Positions 1 to 10,179 of a stretch of DNA of 64,000 nt are shown here, in pieces. This stretch comes from Sedimentisphaeraceae bacterium JB056 (GTDB lineage Bacteria > Planctomycetota > Phycisphaerae > Sedimentisphaerales > Sedimentisphaeraceae): the NCBI GenBank assembly GCA_044440125.1, contig JBITAJ010000021.1, forward strand, positions 160,001-224,000, written 5' to 3'. Below the pieces are notes generated by a model. That model saw nothing but the letters and a program-made list of their open reading frames with translations. It did no database searches and was not told where the DNA came from. The position numbers were made by a program, and so were the translations under genes. Each line of letters begins with the position of its first letter. Positions within the stretch are counted from its first letter, which is position 1.

Positions 1-1263
1 TTGCGCCTGTGCCTCAGCAGAAGCGGCAGTAAGCTCAAGATTATAATTTTCAACCTGCTGACGTACAAGCTGTAAAGAATCCGCAGCCGACATAGGCTCT
101 ATCATAACGCCATCTTTAAGATAATATGCACTACCGGCGATTGCCCCCTGCCATGGAATAGAGTTATCACCAGTAACTTTGAAAAGATGCAAACCGGTCT
201 CTTTGCCCGCAGAATCATCGCCGCCCCAAATAACCTCCTTCATTCCGTCACCATCCCAGTCACCAAGAACTAAGACATGACCATTCTTGGCTCCAAATAC
301 GTTCCCATTCCATGTCATACCATTGTCAACACCGCTATTCTCAAGCCAACCACTTGTAAAATAACTGGCAAAAAGTAAATCATTCGTTGAATCATCATCA
401 ACATTACCCCAAAGAAGTCGTCCCGCACGACCTGAAACAGGCTTGGATATATAATACATACCATTATCAGTACCATCCCATTCATACCACCATACGCCAC
501 CAGAACTTACGCTGCCAGCACTAAGAAATATCTCATCATTCCCGTCACCATCACAGTCACCAACAATATTATCATTGCCGCCCATCTTTCCGGTAATAGC
601 AAGTTTGATGTATGCAACAGAATCATCTGGCTTAACTTCAAACAGCACGACATGACCATAGTCCGGATTTGCAGCATTGTAGGATTTCATTCCGACAAAC
701 ATCTCCAAAAGACCGTCTTGGTCGAAATCAGAAGGAGTTACACAAAAATACTGCTCTTTATTGTGAGATTGCAATTCAGTGTAAACAACCTGATCATTAG
801 CCGTATTATCAAGTCTGCCAAGTTTACTGACCCAATCATTAGGATCTACGGCATCAGTTCCAGCCGCAACATAAATACGACCGGAATTCATTGGATCAAA
901 CACCAAGTCATTAACCTGTGCACCTATATAGAATGAATCTACAAGCGTAACCTCATCATTTCCATAACTTTCATACCAGTAAACGGTATCATCACTACCG
1001 ACAAGAAGATCAACACGGGTATCACCATCAAGGTTGCCACTCACTACAGAATAATATTCTTCGGTATAACTATCTGCAATTCTTCTCCATTGAACGCTAC
1101 TGCTACTACGATCATATTCAAACCAATCAACTGCACCATGGCCGGATGCAGCCTGAACGCATATAAAATCCGTATTAAAATCACCATCAAGAGATGCATA
1201 AGACATGCCTGAAAAAAAGACACTCATTAAAAATGCGACAAAACTTACCTTAAACTTAATCAT
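1..1263 (-). CDS. Secreted FG-GAP/VCBS-repeat beta-propeller protein; runs off the window start; absent from the ORF track
   Basis: ATG at 1263 after GGAGG. Signal-like N-terminus MIKFKVSFVAFLMSVFFSGMSYA. In-frame DxDGDG repeats read by hand: GNLDGDTRVDLLVG, DFDQDGLLEMFVG, GDCDGDGNDEIFLS, GDWDGDGMKEVIWG. Confidence 0.8.
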   Translation of the reverse strand, partial: MIKFKVSFVAFLMSVFFSGMSYASLDGDFNTDFICVQAASGHGAVDWFEYDRSSSSVQWRRIADSYTEEYYSVVSGNLDGDTRVDLLVGSDDTVYWYESYGNDEVTLVDSFYIGAQVNDLVFDPMNSGRIYVAAGTDAVDPNDWVSKLGRLDNTANDQVVYTELQSHNKEQYFCVTPSDFDQDGLLEMFVGMKSYNAANPDYGHVVLFEVKPDDSVAYIKLAITGKMGGNDNIVGDCDGDGNDEIFLSAGSVSSGGVWWYEWDGTDNGMYYISKPVSGRAGRLLWGNVDDDSTNDLLFASYFTSGWLENSGVDNGMTWNGNVFGAKNGHVLVLGDWDGDGMKEVIWGGDDSAGKETGLHLFKVTGDNSIPWQGAIAGSAYYLKDGVMIEPMSAADSLQLVRQQVENYNLELTAASAEAQAQ

Positions 1264-1313
1264 TTAAAGGCCTCCGATTAATAATAATAAAACTTGTTAC
1301 TAAACTTAAAATC

Positions 1314-1342
1314 ATTATACAAAACAAAAAACAATTACGCAA
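1314..1342 (-). promoter_or_regulatory. Putative sigma70 promoter for the FG-GAP gene
   Basis: Minus strand TTGCGT-17bp-TATAAT about 50 bp upstream of the ATG. Confidence 0.5.
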
Positions 1343-1376
1343 GACTTTTTTGCAAATAACTAAGTATATTACAGTG

Positions 1377-1400
1377 AATATTGCAATGCAACTTGCATAA
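1377..1400. promoter_or_regulatory. Candidate operator (TTRCAWTGYAA core), probably for the LacI regulator
   Basis: AATATTGCAATGCAACTTGCATAA matches the reverse complement of 10068-10091 at 22/24 positions. Confidence 0.55.
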
Positions 1401-1410
1401 ATAGCTGTAT

Positions 1411-1452
1411 ATAAAAAAAATCCTGTACCCCATTAAGATGAAATACAGGATT
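1411..1452 (-). terminator. Rho-independent terminator after the LacI gene
   Basis: Stem AATCCTGTA/TACAGGATT followed by a long T run on the minus strand. Confidence 0.75.
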
Positions 1453-1472
1453 ATGTATTGTTATTTTGTAGA

Positions 1473-2513
1473 CTAAGAAATATCGGCAATTTTAATATTC
1501 TCACCATCAGGAGTCACCAAAATCGGCTCAACTCTACAGGATATTCTCGTATTAAACTGCGGTTTAGATATTCTCCACAGAATATGCTCAACTGCCATCT
1601 GCCCAATAACCTCAGGACAAAGATCGATAGTAGCCGGCCTTGGTTCAAGCGAGACAAGACAAGATTCATCATTATTAACAGAAACAATATGAATATCCTT
1701 CCCCGGCTGCAAACCGATTTTGCTTATCTCACGATAAAACACAGGAACCTCTGAATCAGATGTAATAAACACCCCGTCAGGTTTATCCTGCATATCATTA
1801 ATCATACCTACATAAGAACGTACAAGCTCATTAGCATTACTCTGATCTTCATCCCTGTAAGCATCTAAAACCTCAACACAAGCTTGATTTTCTTTCATAT
1901 AACTGGCAAAACCTTCACGCCTGCAATCCCACATATTACTGCCGGAAGAATGAAATACCAACCCAAGGCTCCTCTTGCAACCTTTACTCAACAGATACTT
2001 TGCAGCAGCCTGCCCCACCATCTCATTATCTGGGAAAATATGATCTCCATAAGGCTCACCTGACCCCATCACCCACAAACAAGGGGTGTCTTTAACTATC
2101 TTATTAAACCAATCCTCAGATGGGATATGTCCAAGAAAAATAACACAGTCAACTTGCCCATTACTAAGAAAAGCAGGTGTTTTTTGAGATGAGCTCATAC
2201 AACCAAGCAGGAAATTCATACCATAATCAGAAAGAGCAGTACTAACCTGATTGACTAACCTTGCATAGGGCCCATGGAGGATAGTAGACTCGACTCCCAT
2301 TAACACCATTCCGCAATTACCATTTTTAATTCCTTTTGCGGCAAGATTAGGCCCCGGCCTGTTAGCCCTTGGCAAAGGAGAGTAATCCATCTCCTTTACT
2401 ATTTCAAGAATCCTCTGTGTTGTTTCTGCAGAGATACCGGGTCGCTTATTGAGAACGCGAGATACCGTTGCCGAAGATACCCCCGCCGCTTTTGCAATTT
2501 TAGCCAATGACAT
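1473..2513 (-). CDS. LacI-family transcriptional regulator
   Basis: N-terminal HTH SLAKIAKAAGVSSATVSRVLN plus a periplasmic-binding-protein-like sugar domain. Confidence 0.95.
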   Translation of the reverse strand: MSLAKIAKAAGVSSATVSRVLNKRPGISAETTQRILEIVKEMDYSPLPRANRPGPNLAAKGIKNGNCGMVLMGVESTILHGPYARLVNQVSTALSDYGMNFLLGCMSSSQKTPAFLSNGQVDCVIFLGHIPSEDWFNKIVKDTPCLWVMGSGEPYGDHIFPDNEMVGQAAAKYLLSKGCKRSLGLVFHSSGSNMWDCRREGFASYMKENQACVEVLDAYRDEDQSNANELVRSYVGMINDMQDKPDGVFITSDSEVPVFYREISKIGLQPGKDIHIVSVNNDESCLVSLEPRPATIDLCPEVIGQMAVEHILWRISKPQFNTRISCRVEPILVTPDGENIKIADIS

Positions 2514-2564
2514 ACAATTAATTCCTTACTCAAACTTATTAAGTGATAGTTCTTTGCAAGTTTC

Positions 2565-2592
2565 ATTGTAACATTACATAAAAAAAAGTCAA
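2565..2592 (-). promoter_or_regulatory. Putative lacI promoter overlapped by an operator-like TTTCATTGTAA (autoregulation)
   Basis: TTGACT-16bp-TACAAT on the minus strand; the motif at 2561-2571 overlaps the -10 box. Confidence 0.45.
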
Positions 2593-2597
2593 TAAGG

Positions 2598-5081
2598 CTA
2601 TTTTTTTTCTGGTAACACTTTGAGTTCATTGCTAATAAGACTTAGCACAAAGCCAATTGAAACACAAGTAACTACACCTGCAGCATAATAGAGGAAAAAA
2701 CTCATATCGGTATAAGTTTTGACTAAATAAAGTACAATCATCCCGGCAACAGCACCTGATATTGCCCCAAGACTGTTGGCCTTCTTAAAAAATATCCCAA
2801 GCACAAACACTCCGCCAAGACTTGATGCCATCAAGGCATCACATTGCCATACAAAGTCAAGTATTGACGTGAGCCTATCTCCAAGCAAAGCCATAAGCAA
2901 CGCAAAGGCAATACCGATAATACCAATAAACAATGTAGCTATTTTAGCAAATCTTAAACATTTCTGATCTGATGCTGTTTTATTAAATCTTTGAAAAAAG
3001 TCAGTTATGAAAACGGTAGCAGAACTGTTCATGCTTGTATCAACACTACTCATTGATGCCGCAAAAATAGCAGCAACTATCAATCCGGCGATGCCCGCAG
3101 GTATCTCCATACTGACAAACCAAGGCAAAACAGCATCATTACTAATAGTAGGATTCATTCGTTCAGGATTGTTTTTATAGTAAAAGAACAAAGCCGTACC
3201 AAGAAGATACAGAAGCAAACTAACCGGCACTGCAACCATCACATGGATCCATGCACTCTTAACGGCTTCTTTTCGGCTGCTCACAGAGAAAAATCTCTGA
3301 GCTATATTTTGATTACCAATACTGCCCATATACCAGAAAATATGTCCTGTTACAACAACCCATATAGCACTTGTAGTCCAATCTCCCTTGATAGTACCTA
3401 TTGAAAACTTATCATGAGCAATACCAACTTTAAATACTCCTGCTATTCCCGAATCACACGATGAAACGATTATATAAAATGACAATAATACACCAAGTAC
3501 TATGATAACTGTTTGAACAACATCCGTCCAGATTACAGCTTCAATGCCTCCCATCACCGTATATATAACACAGACAATCCCCATTGTTAGAACAGCCAAA
3601 TAGATATTGATTCCTGTTACAGCAGACAAAGTAAGAGCTGGTAAATACAATACGACACCAAGCCTTGCAAATTGAGAAAAGATAAATACAAGACTACCAT
3701 AACCCCTTACCGCATAATTAAACCTCTTCTCAAGATAATCATAAACAGAAACAATTTTATGTTTTCTGTAAATCGGTATAAACAAATAAACCTGCATTAA
3801 AGTCAGCAGGGGCAAAGTAATAATTCCTATAAATTGAACCCAATCATTACTGTAAGCTCTTCCTGGTACCGTCAAGAAGGATATAGCACTGAAATTGGTT
3901 CCCATAATACTTATCGCCGCAGCCCATGCAGGAATGCGTCCACCTGCAACAAAAAAATCATCTGTAGTGCTTTCACGACCTCGAAAAAACAAGCCCATCA
4001 TAATAAGTGCCGCAAAAAATATGAAAAGACCGGCATAATCAAGCAAACCAAATTTACCACTTACCTCATTAACTCCAATCTTACAGACAACAGGATTACT
4101 ACCTTGCCCAGCAGAGCCATTTTCAATAAGCCCATAACCACCTTCACCTTCCTGTACAACCGTCAAAACGTTACTTCTGATTTTTTCTGATTTAAACCAC
4201 TCATCAGTTATGGTATTGTAACCAAACCAGTTTCCACCCTGTTCGGTATCAGCCGCAACCATGACATGCGATTGACTGAGGACAAAATTCCCCATAACAC
4301 TTTTAATATCAGATGGCATCGCAGTCAACTGGCTCCATTGAGATCCTTTGCTCTCAAATAATTCTCTAACAGGAATACAATATGCATTCAAAGACAAGTT
4401 TGCCGTATCATTAGCCGAATACCCTCCGTAAACGAACAAGCAATCTTCTTTACCATTATGTTGAATTGACAAATTGGGTCTCAATAAACCCTCGCCCTGC
4501 CACTGAGGAAGTTCTTGCCATCTCATTTCCTCAGAGTTTGTATCAAGAAACCAGCCATAATTCACTGTATCACCAGAGACTATATTCTTACCGCCTATAA
4601 CATATACAATCGAATCAGACCCTATTATAGAACAATCACAAAGTGCAACGGGCAAAGAAGGCAACAATGCTTCACTATTCGGCAATGAATCAGAAGATTC
4701 AAATCGACCTTCATCTTCATCTAAACTTAAAAAATACACATCAGATTTTGACTGCACCAGGTTTTTATGCGAACTAACGCAAAGTAATCCATTCTCAAAT
4801 GGTACACAAGAGATATCGCAAGCAGCCAAAACGCCAGCATCAAAACCTTTCTGTTCACAGTCATCTGTAGACAATGCTATCAAAACCCATCTATGACCAC
4901 CTCTTGAACCAACCACAAGATGCTCACCTACCGGATAAATCAATGGTTCTCCCAATTGACCGGTATCTAAATAAGTAAACGTTTCATATGCAAACAATTC
5001 CTTTTCTTCCCGAGCTTCAAGAATATCAGAACAAAGGACAATAACAAAAAAGATAATAAAGGCATTTGTAATTTTGAACAT
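2598..5081 (-). CDS. Sodium:solute symporter with an N-terminal Kelch-repeat (NanM-like) extracytoplasmic domain
   Basis: Signal peptide; Kelch motifs VYVIGG, LFVYGG, WQELP. C-terminal ~480 aa is SSS (DDFFVAGGRIPAW, GGIEAVIWTDVVQ, AAIFAASMSS). Confidence 0.9.
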   Translation of the reverse strand: MFKITNAFIIFFVIVLCSDILEAREEKELFAYETFTYLDTGQLGEPLIYPVGEHLVVGSRGGHRWVLIALSTDDCEQKGFDAGVLAACDISCVPFENGLLCVSSHKNLVQSKSDVYFLSLDEDEGRFESSDSLPNSEALLPSLPVALCDCSIIGSDSIVYVIGGKNIVSGDTVNYGWFLDTNSEEMRWQELPQWQGEGLLRPNLSIQHNGKEDCLFVYGGYSANDTANLSLNAYCIPVRELFESKGSQWSQLTAMPSDIKSVMGNFVLSQSHVMVAADTEQGGNWFGYNTITDEWFKSEKIRSNVLTVVQEGEGGYGLIENGSAGQGSNPVVCKIGVNEVSGKFGLLDYAGLFIFFAALIMMGLFFRGRESTTDDFFVAGGRIPAWAAAISIMGTNFSAISFLTVPGRAYSNDWVQFIGIITLPLLTLMQVYLFIPIYRKHKIVSVYDYLEKRFNYAVRGYGSLVFIFSQFARLGVVLYLPALTLSAVTGINIYLAVLTMGIVCVIYTVMGGIEAVIWTDVVQTVIIVLGVLLSFYIIVSSCDSGIAGVFKVGIAHDKFSIGTIKGDWTTSAIWVVVTGHIFWYMGSIGNQNIAQRFFSVSSRKEAVKSAWIHVMVAVPVSLLLYLLGTALFFYYKNNPERMNPTISNDAVLPWFVSMEIPAGIAGLIVAAIFAASMSSVDTSMNSSATVFITDFFQRFNKTASDQKCLRFAKIATLFIGIIGIAFALLMALLGDRLTSILDFVWQCDALMASSLGGVFVLGIFFKKANSLGAISGAVAGMIVLYLVKTYTDMSFFLYYAAGVVTCVSIGFVLSLISNELKVLPEKK

Positions 5082-5102
5082 AATTTATTTTCTGGTATTG
5101 AA

Positions 5103-8100
5103 TTAATCTAAGCTTACTACTATCTCAAACGGAATTTTCTGTTTATCAACATAAGTATCTGCTTCAAAAGTCTTATTCCGCCATTCCAATGGCTTTAGAT
5201 CCTGTAAATTTTGATAATAATGATAATCCGGACATGACTGCAATGTTATTTTATTGCCTTGAATGATACAATCCCCTTTACCTCTAACGATTCTTGATTT
5301 ACCAAGCAAACAATCACTCTTGAAAGTTAAAGATGTATCCTCCCATGATGAAATAACAATTCGGATATTCTTATCATCTTTGCTTATTAACACGAAGCCA
5401 GAACCTGAAATTTCAATATCATCAGTAGAAAAGATATCAGAATTGTATTTAGCTACCATCAAGCAATTTCCAGTCTTTATGAAGTGCACATCTGTAGATG
5501 AGAGGACTTCAAGCTTTTTCTTCTCCAAAAGTCCATGCCAACCACTATCCTGTCGCGGAACATATGCCCATACGTAAGACTGGGATTTTGACGTATCTAA
5601 TTTCGTTTGCAGTTTTGCCATCTGCGTTGGCTGGTTCCCGCTCCATTGACCTATACCCTCAAGCCGATACCCCTTATCTGACCAATCATAAAGCTCAAGC
5701 CCTGTAGGCTGCTCAAGACAAACCATAGTAACTGTATCAAATTCAACAAAATCAGGGTTTCCAAGCTTGTATACCTCAGTTTCCTGATTATTTGATTTTA
5801 TATCAAACTGCTTATTATTAACTTTTACAATTTTATCATCTGGAGTTGATAATACGAGAGGATATACAACACTTTCTCTTTCAATTTCCTGAGCAGGCAC
5901 ATATTGAACTGCAACAACAAACTCACCTAACAAAAAATACGTTTTATAAAATAGCAGCTCATCTTTTGGTGCAGTCATAGCGGAAATATGCCCTTCCATT
6001 CCAAACAGAGCATAATCCTGATTATTTATAAAATCTATCTTTCGAGAATTCTTATTATTCATAAACTCATTGTCAGCATCCTTGTAGTCTTCCATGCCTT
6101 CAACAAGTGTAACACCTGCAAAATTAACATTATCGGAGGGAATCGCTATTTCACGTGGATGATGAGCTGACCGCATATAGAATCCGCCAACAGGCACTTT
6201 GGCATTATAATTCCAACTATTCGAGCTGCATGTAATATTGCCTGCTTTAGCAACTGCAGCAAAGTAATAGTTATCTGTTCTTGCAATAGCCAGCCCCGGG
6301 TTATAATACCACCTGAACCCTTTATCAAGAGCGTTATCATCAACAGCAACACTATTCCCTTCATGCCTTGAACGAATTTGTCTGTATATAATATCGGCAG
6401 ATTCTTTGTAATCTTTGGTCAGATAAAAAGCATAGCTTGACTCACGGCACAAACGACATCGATTATCACCTGTAATATTTGTCAAAATACCGTTATCATA
6501 AAGCCAATAGATTGACTCGGAAATATTATCAAACTCATCCAAATACTCTTTATCAAAACATAATTCACTACCCTTATACTTGTCATACCATTCACAAATA
6601 TCCTCATACAAGTTAGAAAAATACTTAACATCAAAAAAAGTAGGCGAATGCTCTCTAAGACTATAATCAGATTTAATACCCCACACCGGATTAGAGTTAG
6701 CTTTCATGCATTCAAACATCGCTTCTTTCAAAAAAGGTAATTTATCATTTACTCCCAAAAATTCCGCGTATTTAGCTGCTGTAATAACCTTCGATGCCTG
6801 ATTCCATCCTACTTCACCTTCTTTATAGCCATGCAAAGCAGTATCAAAAGAACTTCTTCTCCAAAGATATTCAAAACACGAAAGCCAGTAAGCGATTCTC
6901 TCATTACTAACACATCGATTCTTCCTCATAACCCATATCGCTTTTGAGTATGGACTTATTCCCCATGCAAACGGCTTAACTGCCCACGCCTTACTTCTAA
7001 CCTCTCCAATCTGTCCACTTTGCCTGTCAATTGCGGCACAAACATAATCCAAAGCTGCCTCAATAGAACTTGCTATCACTTTATTCTTATAATATTTTGA
7101 CTGAGAATTTTCATATGCAGATGATGCCTTATCCAACAAATCTCTCGTTGGCAAAATAACCGTCTGCATAGATTCAATATCAGTCCACTGATTATCAGGA
7201 ATAAACATGCCATAAAATTCTGATTCTGAGTCTAATATCTGGTATTGCAGATTTTTTTCAAGCCATTGATCGTCAAACCTCCAGTCAAACAGTTCCTTAC
7301 CATCATATTCTGTCCAATCCCAGTCTGAATAAGATCCAATTCTGTCTTTATCTATAACGGGATCAAAAAAATCACCACTGAGCTTCAATTCAAACGAACT
7401 TTGCAAACAGCCTTTATATGTAACTAAATTACCATCTAAATCACCGCTTGTAACAAAGTATACCTCGTAGTTATCCAGAAGTCTTTTATTTTTATTAATC
7501 TTAACTTCAGTAATTTCAGAGCCAAACTCAATTTCAACCTTAACACCATTATGCTGTTCAAACACTATCCTGCCTGCACCTTCAACCGAAATATTTACTT
7601 CTCCTTCCAGCACACCTCTCTTTGTTCCTATTTGCCAATATCCTTCTTCCCATAAAGAACAAGGCAATTTCATAAGATAACCAACAGCACGAAGCTTACA
7701 CTCTTTTTTAAAGGTAGTCTTCTGGCTTATAACCAAAGATTGATGCTTATTATTCAAAGACAATATATCTTCAGAATAAGAACCGAAACCAAGTTTAACA
7801 ACCATGGAATCACTATCAAGTTCGTATCCCTTCCAGGAATGCCTTCCCATTCCATTCCTATTATCATCATATCCTCTCAAATCCTCGGTTTCTGCCTTAA
7901 GACACCCAATAACAATTGCCGGTATTGCAGTTTTCAAAGTATCGTTATAAGAATATAAAAGCACACCGCTTCCCATATTCAAGAACCTGTGAGGTTCCTG
8001 ATAAGGCTGATACTTAAAATTTGCATTATGTTTAACAACAGGACGATTAAATATCTTATTAACCTCTTTTTTCAAGGCATAAACAGGAGAAATAAAAACC

Positions 8101-8150
8101 AAGATAGATACTAAAAAAAGCTTACTTGCTGCTCTCTTCTTCCAAACCAT
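5103..8150 (-). CDS. Secreted, divergent polysaccharide lyase family 8-like protein with an N-terminal extension (start 8150 or 8180)
   Basis: GIKSDYSLREH followed by Tyr nine residues after the His, matching the PL8 GxxxDxSxxxH...Y arrangement. KTYFLLGEFVVA resembles the PL8 supersandwich motif. Signal peptide present. Confidence 0.55.
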   Translation of the reverse strand: MVWKKRAASKLFLVSILVFISPVYALKKEVNKIFNRPVVKHNANFKYQPYQEPHRFLNMGSGVLLYSYNDTLKTAIPAIVIGCLKAETEDLRGYDDNRNGMGRHSWKGYELDSDSMVVKLGFGSYSEDILSLNNKHQSLVISQKTTFKKECKLRAVGYLMKLPCSLWEEGYWQIGTKRGVLEGEVNISVEGAGRIVFEQHNGVKVEIEFGSEITEVKINKNKRLLDNYEVYFVTSGDLDGNLVTYKGCLQSSFELKLSGDFFDPVIDKDRIGSYSDWDWTEYDGKELFDWRFDDQWLEKNLQYQILDSESEFYGMFIPDNQWTDIESMQTVILPTRDLLDKASSAYENSQSKYYKNKVIASSIEAALDYVCAAIDRQSGQIGEVRSKAWAVKPFAWGISPYSKAIWVMRKNRCVSNERIAYWLSCFEYLWRRSSFDTALHGYKEGEVGWNQASKVITAAKYAEFLGVNDKLPFLKEAMFECMKANSNPVWGIKSDYSLREHSPTFFDVKYFSNLYEDICEWYDKYKGSELCFDKEYLDEFDNISESIYWLYDNGILTNITGDNRCRLCRESSYAFYLTKDYKESADIIYRQIRSRHEGNSVAVDDNALDKGFRWYYNPGLAIARTDNYYFAAVAKAGNITCSSNSWNYNAKVPVGGFYMRSAHHPREIAIPSDNVNFAGVTLVEGMEDYKDADNEFMNNKNSRKIDFINNQDYALFGMEGHISAMTAPKDELLFYKTYFLLGEFVVAVQYVPAQEIERESVVYPLVLSTPDDKIVKVNNKQFDIKSNNQETEVYKLGNPDFVEFDTVTMVCLEQPTGLELYDWSDKGYRLEGIGQWSGNQPTQMAKLQTKLDTSKSQSYVWAYVPRQDSGWHGLLEKKKLEVLSSTDVHFIKTGNCLMVAKYNSDIFSTDDIEISGSGFVLISKDDKNIRIVISSWEDTSLTFKSDCLLGKSRIVRGKGDCIIQGNKITLQSCPDYHYYQNLQDLKPLEWRNKTFEADTYVDKQKIPFEIVVSLD

Positions 8151-8186
8151 AAAACAAACCTCTCGAAATATAAAATTCATTCAAAA

Positions 8187-9179
8187 TCATGCTAACAAAG
8201 CAACTTTCTCTGAATTCAACTTCCATTTAAGCGGCTCACCTGCAATATATCGTTCAAGTTCTTCAACCATGTATTGACCAAGCCTTCCCATTTCATACCT
8301 CATAGAACCACTTATATGCGGAGTGAGAACAACATTATCCATATCAAACAAAGGCGATTCACCTCTCGGAGGCTCAGGATCGGTTACATCAAGTATTGCC
8401 GTTATATCTTTCCGCTCATTCAACACTTCAATCATATCCTGTTCATTAACAATTGAACCTCTTGCTGTATTGATAAAAGTAGAATAAGGCCGCATTTGCC
8501 GAAAATACTCTGCCGTTATTACTCCTCTTGTCTCTTCGTTAGCCGGCATATGAAGACATACTACATCAGAATATTTAAATATATCTTCCAATTCACAAGT
8601 TTGTGCTCCATACTTCCCCGGCAATGCAGGATCAATATAAGGATCATAAACAAAAATATCAACATCATAAGAATTCAAAAGCGTTGCTACATAACGGGGG
8701 ATCATACCAAAAGAAATCAATCCTACCGAACTTTTATATACCCCAGGTGATTTTATATCCAAAGGACGCTGTTTCATCTTTCGCATCTGACGAACATATG
8801 ACCAGCCGCATTTAAGGCTGAATACAATTTGAGAAACCACATACTCCGCAACAGGTATAGCATTTGCAACCCATGCACTGGTCAATAATATCTCCCTGTC
8901 CCAGAATAAATCGGTAGTAAAATAACGGGTAGAACCGGCGGCATAAAAGACTGCCTTTAAACGAGGAGAATTATTCAGCAATTCCTCATCCAATACAGGC
9001 ATGCCCCAACTTCCCAAAATCACATCAACATTTGACAATATATCAGGATTTTGCTTCACAAATTCAGGAGAAACAGCCACATCTTTAATATCCAAATAAT
9101 TGTGAACCATCTCTCGCTGACTTGACCCATAAACAAAATCAAACAACTTATTATCAAGAATATAAATCCCTTTAAGCAT
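8187..9179 (-). CDS. D-isomer-specific 2-hydroxyacid dehydrogenase
   Basis: FINTARG, LDVTDPEP and LTPHISG motifs; variant Rossmann motif GLISFGMI. Confidence 0.93.
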   Translation of the reverse strand: MLKGIYILDNKLFDFVYGSSQREMVHNYLDIKDVAVSPEFVKQNPDILSNVDVILGSWGMPVLDEELLNNSPRLKAVFYAAGSTRYFTTDLFWDREILLTSAWVANAIPVAEYVVSQIVFSLKCGWSYVRQMRKMKQRPLDIKSPGVYKSSVGLISFGMIPRYVATLLNSYDVDIFVYDPYIDPALPGKYGAQTCELEDIFKYSDVVCLHMPANEETRGVITAEYFRQMRPYSTFINTARGSIVNEQDMIEVLNERKDITAILDVTDPEPPRGESPLFDMDNVVLTPHISGSMRYEMGRLGQYMVEELERYIAGEPLKWKLNSEKVALLA

Positions 9180-9291
9180 TAAATTCCTTCATCCCAGCAT
9201 ATCTAAAGTACATTATTATATCCTAAAATTAACGAACTAAGATATTACGCAATTACATTGCAATTGCATAAACCTATAAAATACCGTTTAA

Positions 9292-10035
9292 TTATCTCAG
9301 AGACTCCCAATACTCCTGACAAAAGTCCTCGGTACGCTCACTGTTATCTGCAAGTTTATCTATAAAATAATCACTAACCTTGCGATACTCCACATGACTG
9401 TCACCATAAAGAACCTGCACACCATCCTTATGCCCCTCCAGTATAAAATCAGCCCACATAGCAACATCACTGAAAATAGGAGCCTTTCCAACAATATCAA
9501 GTGTAGTATATGTATACTTACCGGAACTTTTAAGCGGACCCAAGTTTCTCCAATAACAACTTCTGCCATTCATCCAGCCATAGTGTTTATCACGAGAATT
9601 CAACCGAACCTCAGATATATAATTAGGATGATCGGAATCACCGTTAGAATTTAAAAACTGCTTATCCTTCTGGGTAGGGCAAAATATCGCATCACCTTGC
9701 GGATGAAGATAATTATCATCACACAAAACACCTATGTTAAGAAAACGAGGTGGATCATTAGCCGGACCATAACCTTTGTAAAACCAATAAGAGTAGTAAG
9801 AGTTGCTGTATATTTCAGGAAGCTTATTTTTATTTCCCTGACCATACATAGTCAAGGCATAACCTATTTGGCGGAGATTATTGCCGCAAACAACCTTTTT
9901 AGCTGACTCACGAGCCTTCCTTAAACTCGGCAGCAATACACTCATAAGCACAGCAATTATAGAAATAACAACCAAAAGCTCTATAAGAGTAAAACCTGAC
10001 ACTTTATTTTTTTTAGCATTTTCACTTATGCACAT
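9292..10035 (-). CDS. Prepilin-type N-terminal cleavage/methylation protein (DUF1559-like, H-X9-DG type)
   Basis: [25 protein letters not shown]...C..NLRQIG; C-terminal [14 protein letters not shown]. Confidence 0.93.
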   Translation of the reverse strand: MCISENAKKNKVSGFTLIELLVVISIIAVLMSVLLPSLRKARESAKKVVCGNNLRQIGYALTMYGQGNKNKLPEIYSNSYYSYWFYKGYGPANDPPRFLNIGVLCDDNYLHPQGDAIFCPTQKDKQFLNSNGDSDHPNYISEVRLNSRDKHYGWMNGRSCYWRNLGPLKSSGKYTYTTLDIVGKAPIFSDVAMWADFILEGHKDGVQVLYGDSHVEYRKVSDYFIDKLADNSERTEDFCQEYWESLR

Positions 10036-10067
10036 ATTTCACCTTTGACTTATATAAACCTAAAACC

Positions 10068-10135
10068 TTATGCAATTTGCATTGTAATATTAATGTAACA
10101 TTTTACTTGACAGTTGTCAATTACTTTTTTAGAAT
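10068..10135. promoter_or_regulatory. Overlapping divergent sigma70 promoters plus adjacent operator
   Basis: Plus strand TTGACA(10107)-17-TAGAAT(10130). Minus strand TTGACA(10120)-17-TACATT(10097). Operator-like 24-mer at 10068-10091. Confidence 0.7.
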
Positions 10136-10179
10136 TAATCCAAAACAATTACATAACTGAATTTTGAAAGCAAAATCAC

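Noticed and set aside
9292..10035. A type II secretion or type IV pilus system encoded here
   Set aside because: Only isolated pilin-like genes; no ATPase, secretin, platform protein or peptidase in the window.
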